DNA of 64,000 nucleotides from Balanoglossus misakiensis. Its lineage: Eukaryota > Animalia > Hemichordata. The stretch is taken from the NCBI GenBank assembly GCA_040954595.2, contig CM082596.2, positions 6,398,791 to 6,462,790 of the forward strand, given 5' to 3'. The notes under the pieces are model-generated. The model was not told where the DNA came from and did no database searches. It saw nothing but the letters and a program-made list of their open reading frames with translations. A program made the position numbers and the translations under genes. Shown piece after piece: positions 11,781 to 24,972 of this stretch; positions within the stretch are counted from its first letter, which is position 1, and every line of letters begins with the position of its first letter.

Positions 11781-14700
11781 CTAAGATGTCGTGATCGTGT
11801 CCACGTGGTGAGCAGTGACCTGAGACGCCATGGTTAGAGTCCTCTGACATGCAAACGGCAACAGCTCAAAAATGAAGACCAAAACGCTAGCCCACAGCGA
11901 AAAGCACACGAGACAAGCATGAACGCATGACAACTCACTGTCGTGGGGCTGAGAAAAGCGCTGCTTCAGTTCGGCAGCGTGCCATGGCAGCCTGGCCTCC
12001 TCGAGGGCTTCCACGATGTCCGGAATGAATGTGCTGCTGTCGTCAACCATCTCCTCCCACCGAAAAAACATTTGGCGAATTTGTTCTTCCTTGTCCCTCG
12101 GGAAGTTGTAAGTTATCGCGTCAATGTCGCATTCTTCCAGGCCCAGAACCCTAGCCACCTTCCTCCATTCGTCGGACAGAATCTTGTGTGCTAGAAACTC
12201 AAATGCCTTTCCTCTTTCTGAGGAAAAAAAATAAATAAAATTTTATAATAAGAATAATTGTTGACATATTGAAATCTAGCTTGTTCACAGTGAGCTTTTT
12301 AAAAAGATTGTTGTTTCATGAAACCCGTTAACTTAGTCAATTGTCTACAGTCGCTGCTGTCAGAACTTAAGTCTTGCCTAAATCAAAACATAAAAGCAAG
12401 TCTATGATAGTTTTTCCCCACGAAAAACTGTCACTAATGCCAAAGTGTGTTTACCTCTTCTTTCGGCTGGTATGGCCGGGGGAGGTGGAGGCTTCTCAGC
12501 TTTTACCTAACGATAGACATACGAGTAAATTATTCTAATCATGAAGCCACATATCATAAGGTAGTTTGAAGGTCGAGGATCGTCTATGCGCGTGTTGCGA
12601 AATTTGTATACAGCCAATGCCATCCGTCAGTGTGCTGCCCTAACAACAGGCAAGATGGCGGCCACCATAGTCTGTGACAGAGACCGGGAAAAGACAGCAA
12701 ACTGGGTGCAAAATTTGCAGAACATTTAGATTGGACGTAATGTTAGGACACACGAATGAGATGATCGTCGGCCTATAAGGTTCGCTTTCGGTGCGATAAG
12801 ACGTCAAATCATGAAAGTTTGCTGACCGCATTCCGCCTCATTCGGCACCTCCGAACAATTTGAGAAGAGTAATAGCGATAAAGCATGGACGTCCATGGAC
12901 AAATGAACCTCTAACACCAGACGACAACAGTTTCCCTGATTCCGTTACCTTTGGCAGTACAAACTGCAGCTCTGCAATCGGTTCTGGCTCGTGGCCACTG
13001 TCGGTGTCACTGGCGCTCCTGGGATCCTCGCTGTAGAAAGCCATGAAGCCAACCACGTCCTGGTGCCGCGTGGCCTCTGGGTCCTCCGGCTCGACGTAGG
13101 CAAACCAGTGGTTATCTTGGTTGGGGCGATACTCCTTCTGCCGCTTCGTGTTCGTCATCGTCAGGCCCTTGCTGACTTCGTTGTAGATGGTGTCGCCGCT
13201 CATTATCTCGAAGTCTTCGCTGTAAGGTATGTCTTCCTCGTAACACTTCCTGAACCCTTCGCTGTGTAGCTGCTTCACGCGCTTGTGAACGCGTTCCAGC
13301 TGGTGGCCCTTCTGCCGTACCAACTCGAGCAGCAACCTCCTCTTGTTGTCCTTGTGCTGCAAGAGAAGGATCTTGACTCTGTGAATCCCGCTCTTCTTGT
13401 GTTTTGTCATGGTTCGGCAGTACTCGCCGGCTTTCCGGTCTCCCTTTCGGACTCGCACCGCCGAGCACCTGAAAAGCACGCGGAAAGACGCATATTTTCA
13501 CCATGTATATGGTCACCTATGAATGTTTAACCACTTTTACCGAAATAAAGCGAATCACTGACTTTCAGGGGGTGACACACCATTCGAAGGTCTTGACATA
13601 CCGTTGTGTCCATATGTGAGCATATGTAATTAGGCGAGACCATATACACATGCACCTCTAAAACATGCTTTGGAAATCATTCATGGACAGCGGATTTCTT
13701 GAAAACAAAGTTGTCAAGTCTTTGAGCAAACTAAACTAATCTGTGTATACTAATACAGCATCTGTAATGGGGTATAATTGATATGATTACCCAGAGAAGT
13801 TTTGCCTCAAAAGTTTCACAACACCGTTGGAGACGTTGAAGGTGGAAGTATCAGTGACGTCAACCCAGTCGCCGTCGTCATACTCATCTTGCACGATCCT
13901 GAGTTCGGTGTCGTCGAAACCGCCGCCGGGGAAGCTGAACGTAGGCGTCTCGGACGGCAGCGGGATGGTCAGGGTGACGGGTCTCTGGAACCGCAGGCTC
14001 TCTTGGCACTCCCTGTTGACGTACACCATCGGCGCGAATTCCGCGTTGACGGGTTCGTCGCAGCCGTCGAAGACGTCGTCGAGGAAGTCCGAGTCACAGG
14101 GGTGGACCTGTTCAAGAAAGAGACGACGCGGACCGTGTCCGACGGTTTGGGTGAAACTCCCGAACAACTGAGATATACCGGAACTCGTACAATGTCAAAG
14201 AACCACCGTTTAACCACATTCAAAACAAAAGGACAGAGTAGCTTCATCGTATGAACAGTTGAGTCGTAGTTGGCTAAAACCGTGGTATATCGAATCTGCT
14301 GGCAAAGTATAACGATGGTCTATCACCACAGAATACCAACAACTCTACGACACTGACGGTGATTGGCCTTACCTCAAGAGACACGTGTGTACGGCATTCA
14401 ACGGAACCGGCTTGAACTTCGATTGTCACGTGTTTGTCTAACTGAGAGGGTATCGTCGATTCATTCTTGCCAATCCAGAATTTCTCTTCGAATGGCCGTG
14501 ACACAGCAATGAATACTCCCAACTGAGATATCTGAACTTTTACTGTGTCATCCTCCTATATAAAAGACAAGATCGAAGTCGACGCCTGTATTAAAGGGGC
14601 ATTAGCTGTAAGTTTTGGCATTTCAGTATGTCAGTTCTGTGTACCAAATGCGATTTCTTTTCTATGCTAATATACCCAGTACTCCTCTTGTCAACAAAGC

Positions 14701-17327
14701 AATGCATGTGTGCAACGGCCATTGTAATTTTATTGTACGCAATTGCATTTTATGTCCGGACGTGAATTCAAATTTGCACTAAGGAGCTTTAAGAGAAAAG
14801 AGCATTATCCAGAAACTAGCAACAATACGGGACGTGTACCTCTGTGCAATATCATTTCGTAGCTCATTAAAATAACACATTGACGTATTCGACGACGATG
14901 TCCCTCTTTATAAAATGAGATTGCAATTTTCGTTGAGCCTATGACAAATGTTGTCCAAAGAAAACATGTCCCCGGCCAACAGTAACCAAAGAAGTCAATC
15001 ATCAACATACCGATGTGGTTGGAAGCTCCTCCCAGCCCTTGCCGCGCGTATGCTGCATGACCACGAGCACCCTATCGGACACGTCCTGGTGGAGCCCTTT
15101 CCTTCGAAGGGTCACCGGCTTGTCAAACTTCACGTCACGTGGTGAGAAATCCAGGACCTCGGACTGGTAGAACTCGTAGTCCTTCAGGGGCGGCTTTGTG
15201 ACCTCGAGCTCGTTTTCACAGGTGACATCCAGGTGAACATTCTTCTTGAGCGACCCCGGGGGTAATTGGAGGACATAGCCAGATGGCAGGTGATATGTCT
15301 TGCTCACCTACGCAGAAGAGATGAAATATTTAAACTCAAGGCACCACCTAAATATTATCCAAAATTGTCTAAACTCTGCAAAGGCAACAGTGCAACTCTA
15401 TAATGTACATGAATGTCAAAGTCTATCTTGCCTCAGTAAACAAAGTCCCAATATGTACCAAGACCACCATAGATCCCACGCTACCATTTGCTATACCAGA
15501 AGTCAGCCATATTGTTCCCCAGTATACCATTCTCATCGAGATTGTCTGTTTATAGGTTTTCACATTTGTGAACTCTTGATACTGCTATGGACATACTGAT
15601 GTCACTACCTTTTTGGTTGCAACCAGGACAATGCGGTTCGAGTCTTCCATTACATCATTGAAGTATGGATCTTCGGCTACGTCATCTGTATAATATAAAT
15701 AAAGGTCATTAGTTTCGTGGCCAGCAACGGCTACTACTGTAACAGTAAATCTGATTGGTCCAAACTTCATACACTAGTTTATACACGACTGGGCGATCAC
15801 AACTTCTCTCAACAGATATAAAAGTGAATGCAAGTTTTCGTGGACGAGTTCTCTCTCTCTCTCTCCCCTCTCTCTTCCTCCCTCTCCCAAGACCTCACAC
15901 ATAGTGAAGAATTCTCGAAGATATTTTAACGAACACCACATACCCTCCAGACTATCAAGATATTCCCGTAGGGCTATAATGCCTGCATCGCATGCCTCCA
16001 CCAGTGGTTCAGGCAGTGGGTTGTTGTCTACATTGAAATACTCTAACTTTGGCAGGGCGATAGAGAACAGTGACGGTATATCGGTCAACGCGTTATTGGA
16101 GAGATCCAACTCGGTGACATTCTTCATGGGCAGAATATTGTAAAGTGACCTCTGTTGGAGCTTATTGTGGGAAATGTCGAGTTTCTCCAGCTTAGTCAGT
16201 CGTATTACGTGTTTTGGTATCTCTTTCAGTCGATTGTTATCCAGAGATAGGTATTCAAGGCTCTCTAGGTAGAGAATTTCCATCGGGAGAATAGATATGC
16301 GATTAGCATCTAAACCAAGGAGTCTAAGGTTTACCAACCGACTGAACTCTGGTGGCATTTGCCGAAGTTTATTGCCACTTGCATCAAGGTCGTCTAAATT
16401 TTGCAAGTGAACCAAACTTTCTGGCAAGCATTTAATCTTATTATTGGCGACGTTGAGTTGCTCTAATGAAGAAAGCCTGCTTATGTCATCAGGCAGGTGT
16501 TTGATATTGTTGTTTGAGATGGTTAGCACTGTAATGAACTCAAGATAGGTGAAGTCTTCGGGTAATTCCTTAAGCTGGTTATACCATAAATCAAGATCCT
16601 TCATAGACCAGAGTTTGCCGAACTCAGGAGGAAGGGATTTAAGTTTGTTGCGTCTTAGACTCAGAGTTTCTACATTAGCCAGGCTCGCCATAGTACATTT
16701 GAATTTGCGAATCAGGTTGTCGCCCATATCAATTTCTTTAAGATGTTTCATCGCGCCGATCACCTCGGGTACCTCAGTCAACAGATTCCCTGCAATTTTT
16801 AAAACTTCCAAGGAATCTAAATTCGACAGATTTGATGGGAGCTCGCTGATCTTATTACATGACAAACGTAGTTCCCTTAATCCCCATATGTTCATCAAGC
16901 TGTCAGGCACTTCTGTCAGATTATTGTCACTAATGTCTAAGACACGTAAATTCACCAGCTTTCCAGTTTCTTCCGCGATTGTTTCGAGTTCATTGAAGTC
17001 TAGGATCAGCGTTTCCAAGCCGCCTAGACGACTTATGTCGTCATCAATTGCTGAAATTAAATTTTCTCCCGCGTCTAGGTAGGACAGGCAATTTAGAGAA
17101 TAAACAACTTTAGGAATAGCAGTAAAATGATTATCGTGCAGCGTCAGTTTCTCAAGAAAATGCAAATTGGCCAGGTCATCAGGAAGGCCGGACAATTCGT
17201 TGCCCTCGAGATTGAGCGATGTCAGTTTGTCATTGCGGGTTACCCCGGGAGTTATTTCTTTGAGACTCTTAAAACTAAGATCCATTTCTGTTTCGTTCCC
17301 CCTGTCATCATTCCCCACGTTTGCCAT
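11781..17327 (-). CDS. PIDD1-like protein, paralog A (LRR array - ZU5 - ZU5 - UPA - death domain)
   Basis: Exons 17327-15944 (~18-19 LRRs plus cap), 15685-15609, 15307-15011 (ZU5), 14555-14373, 14107-13791 (ZU5), 13468-12949 (UPA-like), 12506-12455 (Pro-rich), 12217-~11940/11781 (death domain EWRKVARVLGLEECDIDAITYNFPRDKEEQIRQMFFRW). Phases are consistent. The C-terminus is uncertain because of a possible GTGAGT donor at ~11938. Confidence 0.85.
12627..12715 (+). mobile_element. Short interspersed repeat fragment, copy 2
   Basis: Homologous to 1708-1792; contains CAAGATGGCGGC. Confidence 0.6.
14591..14690 (+). mobile_element. Non-autonomous DNA transposon end (TTAAAGGGG...), same family as 2672-2778
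   Basis: Visual alignment with the reverse complement of 2672-2778. Confidence 0.55.
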
Positions 17328-20205
17328 TATTGCCAACAAGCCGTTACTCTCCAATAAATTCACGTGGGCCACCCCGGTATACCGTTTGATTCTATCACGA
17401 GAAGCCCTGCCTGTCGCTCTCAGTGGACGGTCACTCAAGCATGCGCAGTTCCTCTATGAATGAAGGTAAGTCCTGCGAAAAAAAAAAATTGGACCTCAAT
17501 AATTAATTATGATCCTGTCATCCAATATTGATATTCGTCGCGAACCAAAGGCTACTGCAATGTATTATTTGTTGTGCATTCGAGTGTCTGTCAATTCCAC
17601 ATATACATATATATCATTTAATATAATATATCATACCAAGGCCCACAAGTACAGCGCTGGTTTATATTAACTTGAGATATGCAACTGTTGGAACCAAAAT
17701 ACCACATAACAATAGCGTGCGTGAAAAATCTTAAGGTGGTTTCAACGGACCATGACAGTTGCTACGGGTGACACAATTGTTAGACCACGTTGCGTTAAAC
17801 AGAATGCAGACACTCCAGCCCCTGGTGGCATATGTGTTATCGACTTCGCACAAGACGGTCGGACCTGGGCATCCAGTAAGAAGTTGCGTGCCAGTGAACG
17901 GTTAAATTGAATGCTGTGCCTATCTCCGCATCGCCAGGAGGATTGTGGGAAATGATGACAACTGCAAGTTGTGATTATTATGCAAATTTCTGAGTCAACA
18001 CCTGGACGACACTCTTTCGAAAAAGTTACACCAGGCAGCAGGGAGAGTATAGGTATTTAACATGACAATGGGCCTTTGTTCGGTATGAGTGGCCAGCGAC
18101 GCCAGCAATGGGGGCTTTTTAGGTCATGCTTTGACCAGAACAAAAGCGATTCGACATTGTCTAAAAACACTGACGGTTTACTACATTGTATGTGAAAACA
18201 TATAGGCTTCGTTCTTTACTCTATTGCAATGAAAATGTCTGATAAACAAAAACCAAGTCTTATTTGATTCTAAAGAGCTGTTCAAGCTCGGGTTGCCAAG
18301 GAGACCGACCATTGTCTCCTCACACAAGTGATCAAAACGAAAGTTGTTTCACTCCGAAGTATTCGTACCGTTGCCAAAGGATTGCATGACCACAGGCTTA
18401 ATTTCCCTTAAAACTCGTATCGGCACAGCGGTCTGAAATAAAATAAATGCATCAACGCCTGCCATACTTCACTGCTCAGCACATTGGCGTGATGGGATAC
18501 TATACTACATGTATAGGGTTATGAACAAGAAAATGTGGTTGACACACAACACAAAATTCAGGGAAAAAAACGGCCAGAAGTTACAGATCTAGTGGGTGTT
18601 GCATTTTCTCTTACTTTTTACAACATTATACGCGGACACGTATACAATATAAAAAAACATACCTGTCTGCAACATCCGACCAAGGTTGATGATGTGGGTT
18701 AATTTGGCCGCCCAGAACCAAAATTTGCCGCTGATCTGCGCGCACCTCTGGGCCAAGTAGGAGCGTCGTTAGCTACCCATGGAGACGTTGCGCAAAGGCG
18801 GAAGGTCACGAAAGTTTATTCTGCACACTGAAGCTATTCACAAATCGTGTCTCCGGTTACACGTACGCATGATACAGTCACTGACCACTGATGGCGTGCA
18901 TTCCCGCTTGACCGACAAACGGGGACCGTATCCGTGGCAAATATGACAGACTTTTTTTTGAATGTGTCGCCACCGAAGGTTTGATGGATGCGGCAATGAG
19001 GACTTTGGAGCGTCGAAGCATAGCTAGAACGGCATGCATCCTTGCATTGTTTGCATGCAATCATTTACACTCAGCGGTTGATTAATGTTCTACATGTTCC
19101 AAACACTTGTAATGTCATTAGAAACTAAACAACAACAACAGAGAACCCCGCTCTGCAAGCCTCGATCTCCGAATTCAGCAGCGCCATTTTCAGGGAGTTC
19201 CCTCAGAGTGAACTTTAGAACAGAGAAGTTGACGATTATGAGTTCGTGTACCAGTGCTAATTATCAATAATTTAAGGTGACTGTAATAATGGTCATTAAA
19301 ATGGAAGGATTTTGCTATAAATATTGACATTATAATAATGATATAATAACGTAATAATACCCGTCGTGCAACTTGTACGTCCGTTGCAAAATGAAATACA
19401 TCTATGAAAGCCAATTTCATGTATATTCACATAAGTGTATTCATCACGAAGGTAGGCATAATGAATATTGTAACGGAAATTATGTCGGACTGTGGTCCCT
19501 AAAATTGTCAAGCCTTAGTGAATGACGAACCTTGGACCGAACAGCCAACTCAACGGTAGCGTAAACGTAGCACGATCGAGCTTTGACGGCGTAGACCGGT
19601 CCGTTACAAGTCCTGGTTCGATTTACCTTGCGCACGGCAGAACGTGCGCTAAGAGATGTGCTGGAAAAATGCAGTGTAAACTGCTAACCGACCGACCCGA
19701 GCGTTGCGCTCACACAAATACCAAGAAAAACGAAGGAAGTACTATCCGTAGACAACTAGACCTCTCAGAGGTTACAGAAAAGGTGTTCCCACAAACGTGG
19801 AGAAGGGTTTGAACGAAAATATAAGAAAGATAGAGGTAAAGTACGAATTCAGATCACTACACACGAGAGCACGATGTTCACAGTTCAACCGCCATGTCTA
19901 GTCTGCTTTTGGATGTCGAGGGGAGTCATTATACATGCAACAAGCCCACGTGATACAAGCTCCGCCCCAATCGTTGAAAATTGACAGTTTCTCCTGCTAT
20001 AGGGTTTCTCAGTCTGAGAATCAGGAAAAAGTCGCATTTCTTGTGATAGGAGTCTTGTGTGCGGCGTTGACCTGGCAATTCCGTGACAATATTTTTGCAA
20101 ATTAAACGCTGAATTATTCACGAGGAAGTTACGGAAGGTTCCCTCAAAGCTCTGCGGCAAATTGTACCGGCACATCCACGGGTACAGCCCACGGTCGTGT
20201 ATTAT

Positions 20206-23200
20206 TCACTTCTTGTACAGTTCTGGAAACCGTTGCTTCAATTCAGCGATCAGCCAGGGCAAGCCGGTGTCGCGGAGGGCGCTGACGAGATCCTGCACGC
20301 ACTTGCCCGTGTTCTTCAGCGAGCCCTCCCAGAGCGCCAGCATCTTGTAGACCTGCTCAGCTTTGTCTCTCGGGTTGGCATACTCGATCTCGTCGATTTG
20401 GTATTCGCTCAAACCAAGAGTTCTGGCCAGGTTTTTCCACTCGTGAGACATGATCTTGCTGGCGAGAAACTGAAAGATTTTTCGCCTTTCTGTGTCAATG
20501 AGGAAAAAAAGGAAAAAGTAATTTGATGGAATGTGTACATAGTTTTTTGTATCAAATTCGATTTTTTGGCCTGGTTGAATTCTTGAATCATGACTTCTTC
20601 TCCATTACAAATTATCGATGCCTTCAATACAAGTTCAGGCACGTTTCAATATTCGTGACACCATTTTTGAACCACCAAATAACACTGTACCATTTTGATA
20701 TTTTGACGACAGTTTCGGATCGTTTTAATTTGCGTTTCCAGTCGACATGTACAAACATACCTCTGAGGTCAAAGGTCGTTGTTACTGATGCGGAAGATCG
20801 CCTTGATCTTGGTCTGGCAATCTGAAACACGATCCGAATAATATTATTAAATGCCAGTGAAAATGTTTTCTGGCAGGTAGAATCCCTTTGCTGAACGTGA
20901 ATGCTTATACGTGAAGCCTTTCAAGAATTCTTAATAGTTTGAACATCTAACAGGTAGGCCTAATGGGTTAGTGCGTAACACGGTTGCGAACCAGCCAGCA
21001 CTGCACAGATAAATACAAACCAACGAAGAATGATGAACAACCTTGCCGGCGAGAGATTGTGCCTATTTTGGGAATTTCTTACCTTTGGCAGGACGAACTG
21101 TAGTTCAGCAAGCGGTTCTTGTCTCCCCTCGTGTTCTGCCGCGTCGTTGTAGAATATCATGAACCCCACCCGGGACTGTCTACAGCCCTCCCCGTCGTCT
21201 GCCGTCGCCGCCTCCACGTACGCAAACCAGTGGTTCTCCTGCTCCGGGTAGAACGTCTTTCTGTTCTTGCGGGTCTTCAGGACGAACCCGTCGCTGACCT
21301 CGTTTCGAATCGTCCCGCCGCTGCGGAGGTGCACGTCCTCGCTGTACGGCAGGTCGGTCTCGTAGTACGGCCGGTAGCCTCGCTTCCTGAGCATCTTTAG
21401 CCGCTTGTAGAGCAGCTGCACGTTCTGCCCTCTCTGCTCCACAATGTCCATCAGCAACTTCTTCCTATCGCGCACGTGCTGTAGTAGGAGAACCTTCACC
21501 TTGTGGTGACCCTCTCGTGTGTACTTGCTCACGGCGTTTGCGTAGCTGGCGGCCTTCGGCTTGTTCGCTCTTTTGACACGGAGAGCTGAGTAACTGCGAG
21601 AGAGAGAGGGGGGGGGGTGAGAGAGAGGGAGAGAGAGAGCGCTGATGCTAGAACTTCGCTTTATTTCTGCAACTTCTGCGAATTTACTGCGGTACGCTAT
21701 ATTTGCATTTGTACTCCGCCCAGTGATTGACGTCACATATCAAAAGCTTCGATATGCTAATACCTACGGCTGCTCGATGGAAAATTGCAATGGCCTTCAA
21801 TCTACTATAGATGGTACGCTATATTTGCATTTGTACTCCGCCCACTGATTGACGTCACATATCAAAAGCTTCGATATGCTAATACCTACGGCTGCTCGAT
21901 GGAAAAAAGCAATGGACCCCAGTCTACTATAGATAGTACGCTATAGTAGTATTTGCATGTGTGGTCCGCCCACTGATTGACGTAATATTAAAAGCTTCGT
22001 TATGGTATTACCATACCTACGGCTGCTGGATGGAAAATAGTGATGGATCTCAGTCTACTATAGATGGTACGCTATACTAGTATTTGCATTTGTGCTCCGC
22101 CCCGTGATTGACGTCACATATCAAAAGCTTCGATATGCTAATACCTACGGCTGCTCGATGGAAAAAAGCAATGGACCCCAGTCTACTATAGATAGTACGC
22201 TATAGTAGTATTTGCATGTGTGGTCCGCCCACTGATTGACGTAATATTAAAAGCTTCGTTATGGTATTACCATACCTACGGCTGCTGGATGGAAAATAGT
22301 GATGGATCTCAGTCTACTATAGATGGTACGCTATATTTGCATTTGTGCTCCGCCCACTGATTGACGTCACATATCAAAAGCTTCGATATGCTAATACCTA
22401 CGGCTGCTCGATGGAAAATTGCAATGGCCCTCAATCTACTATAGATGGTACGCTATATTTGCATTTGTGCTCCGCCCACTGATTGACGTCACATATCAAA
22501 AGCTTCGATATGCTAATACCTACGGCTGCTCGATGGAAAATTGCAATGGCCCTCAATCTACTATAGATGGTACGCTATATTTGCATTTGTGCTCCGCCCA
22601 CTGATTGACGTCACATATCAAAAGCTTCGATATGCTAATACCTACGGCTGCTCGATGGAAAATTGCAATGGCCCTCAATCTACTATAGATGGTACGCTAT
22701 ATTTGCATTTGTGCTCCGCCCACTGATTGACGTCACATATCAAAAGCTTCGATATGCTAATACCTACGGCTGCTCGATGGAAAATTCAACTTTTGTCGGT
22801 CGGCATACGTCAGTTTGTATGATGCTTACGAGACGGTGTCCCTTACTTACCCGGAGAAGGTTTTCCTCTGTAGCTTGACAACGCCGTTTTCCAAGGTGAA
22901 AGAAGCTCGCTCTGTTATATCCGTCCAGTCGCCGTCGTTGTGTGCGTCCTTCAGTATGCACAGGTCAGTTTGTTTGAAATCTTGCATGGCTATCTGGGAG
23001 AGGGCAGACGGCAGCGGTATGCTCACCGTGACTGCTTGCCCGAGTCGGATGCGCTCGGCGTCCATTCTGTTGACGTACACCATCGGGGAAAATGCGGCGT
23101 CGACCGAATCGCCCTGACTCTCGAACACATCCTGAATCAAATCTGCATCGCACGCATGAACCTGTGGAAAAGAAGTTAACCTAATGAACAACCTGGTGGG

Positions 23201-24922
23201 TGCAAACTGCAAGCGAACGAGCAAGCATGTAAAGTCTCTCTCCCTCCCTCCCTCCCTGCCTGCCCCCCTCCCTGTCTGTATTTACTAGGTAAGTAGGTGG
23301 GTACTGAGGACCGACTGACTGACTGACTGGACGGGTGTATGTATGTATGTATGTATGTATGTATGTATGTATGTATGTATGTATGTATGTATGTATGTAT
23401 GTATGTATGTATGTATGTATGTATGTGTGTATGTATGTATGTATGTATGTATGTATGTATGTATGTATGTATGTATGTATGTATGTATGTATGTATGTAT
23501 GTATGTATGTATGTATGTATGTATGTATGAATGAATGAATGAATGAATGAATGAATGAATGAATGAATGAATGAATGAATGAATGAATGAATGAATGAAT
23601 GAATGAATGAAAAAGTAGTACCTCGAGGGACATGGGCAGATTGTCTTCTACAGCTGCTGCTTCGGGAATGTTTATGACCACTTTTCTGTCCGTTTCCGAA
23701 ACGATGGTGGCGCCGTCTTTGTCTATGGAGAACGTGTCCCTATGGGGCCTTGATATGGCAATAAACATGGATAACCTTCTGACTGTCACTGTCACTTCCC
23801 CATTTTCCTGGCGTACGTCAACACAAGAAAAAAGAAACATTTGTTGTTTTCTGCTTCCTGAGACTGTAATATAAGCTGGTCTATGGGTACCGCAATAAAC
23901 TGCATAAGTGAACTATATTTGTTGTTCAAGTATAGGAATAAGGTATTCACAAAATTTACAATTTTATTATTATCTGCACATAGCCTTGATTCATACAACG
24001 CTTGACTTATATTACTTCGCTAGCAACCTGTTAAAATAATTCAGTAGCTAATACATGTTGTACATAAATAAACAATCGCTCACCACGGACGTGGGTAACG
24101 CTTTCCACGTGCGACCGTCACCGCTCTTCATAACGACAATCTCTCTGCCGGCGTCCTGGCTCACATGTCTCCTGGAGAGTGTGACCGCTTTTTTGAAGGC
24201 GACTTGGCTCGGGACAAAAACAAGAGCGTCAGATTGGTAGAATTCGAGGTCCTTCAGCGGAGGGAGGTTGCTGTTGTTGTTGTCATTGTCGTCGTTGTTG
24301 TTGTTGACGTCACAGGATGCCGAGATCTGGACCGGTCGTTCGACACTTCCGGGCGACACCGTCAGGACGTAGCCGCCGGGCAGTGTGTATGTCTGTGTTA
24401 CCTGTGATGAACAGAACGCCAATTGCAGTAAGCAAGGAAACGAGAACATAACCGTTTCTGAGTCAGTACTACGGATACAGAAAAGGCTTTTAGTGTGTTC
24501 GACATTTGGTCTTGCCCCATCCAATCACCAATAAGATACACGTTTGAGATTTTTTTCCACAAGCTGCATGGTGCAGTTTATGACGAAGAACAAAAAAAAA
24601 AAAAATATCTGCATAAGGCAAGGAAAACCCTCTGCGTTATACCCCGGCTGATTACCTTTCTGCTTGGCGTAATCGTTATCGTGTTTTCATCTTCAATGGA
24701 GTCGTCGAAATATGGATCTTCCTCGATATCGTCTGAGAATTCAAAGAGAATACTATTATAAGTCGCAATTACCAAAATCAAAAGCCCGCCATGATTGTAT
24801 TTTCGTGTTTTGTTTATATGACTTCTCTGTTTACAGCCGAGATTATAATTGGGCAACGTCCCACCACCACCACCACCACCACCACCACCACCACCACCAC
24901 CACCACCACCACCACCACCACC

Positions 24923-24972
<50 letters not shown>

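Noticed and set aside
11781-11940. Hydrophobic membrane-anchor-like tail after the death domain of paralog A
   Set aside because: It follows a strong GTGAGT donor and is absent from paralog B, so it is probably intron read-through. Unresolved without cDNA.
17328-17438. N-terminal extension of the 554-aa LRR ORF
   Set aside because: It begins at a non-ATG codon; the first in-frame ATG is at 17327.
15774-17438. Roco/LRRK or NLR gene
   Set aside because: No ROC-COR GTPase or NACHT P-loop exon follows the LRRs; ZU5-UPA-DD exons do.
17500-20150. Short ORFs between the PIDD-like paralogs
   Set aside because: No domain signal or consistent exon structure; probably promoter, a 5' UTR exon (donor near 18662) and intergenic DNA.
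21690-22787. CRISPR array or repeated small ORFs (MQWPSIYYRW...)
   Set aside because: No variable spacers; the ORFs are by-products of the 122-bp repeat.
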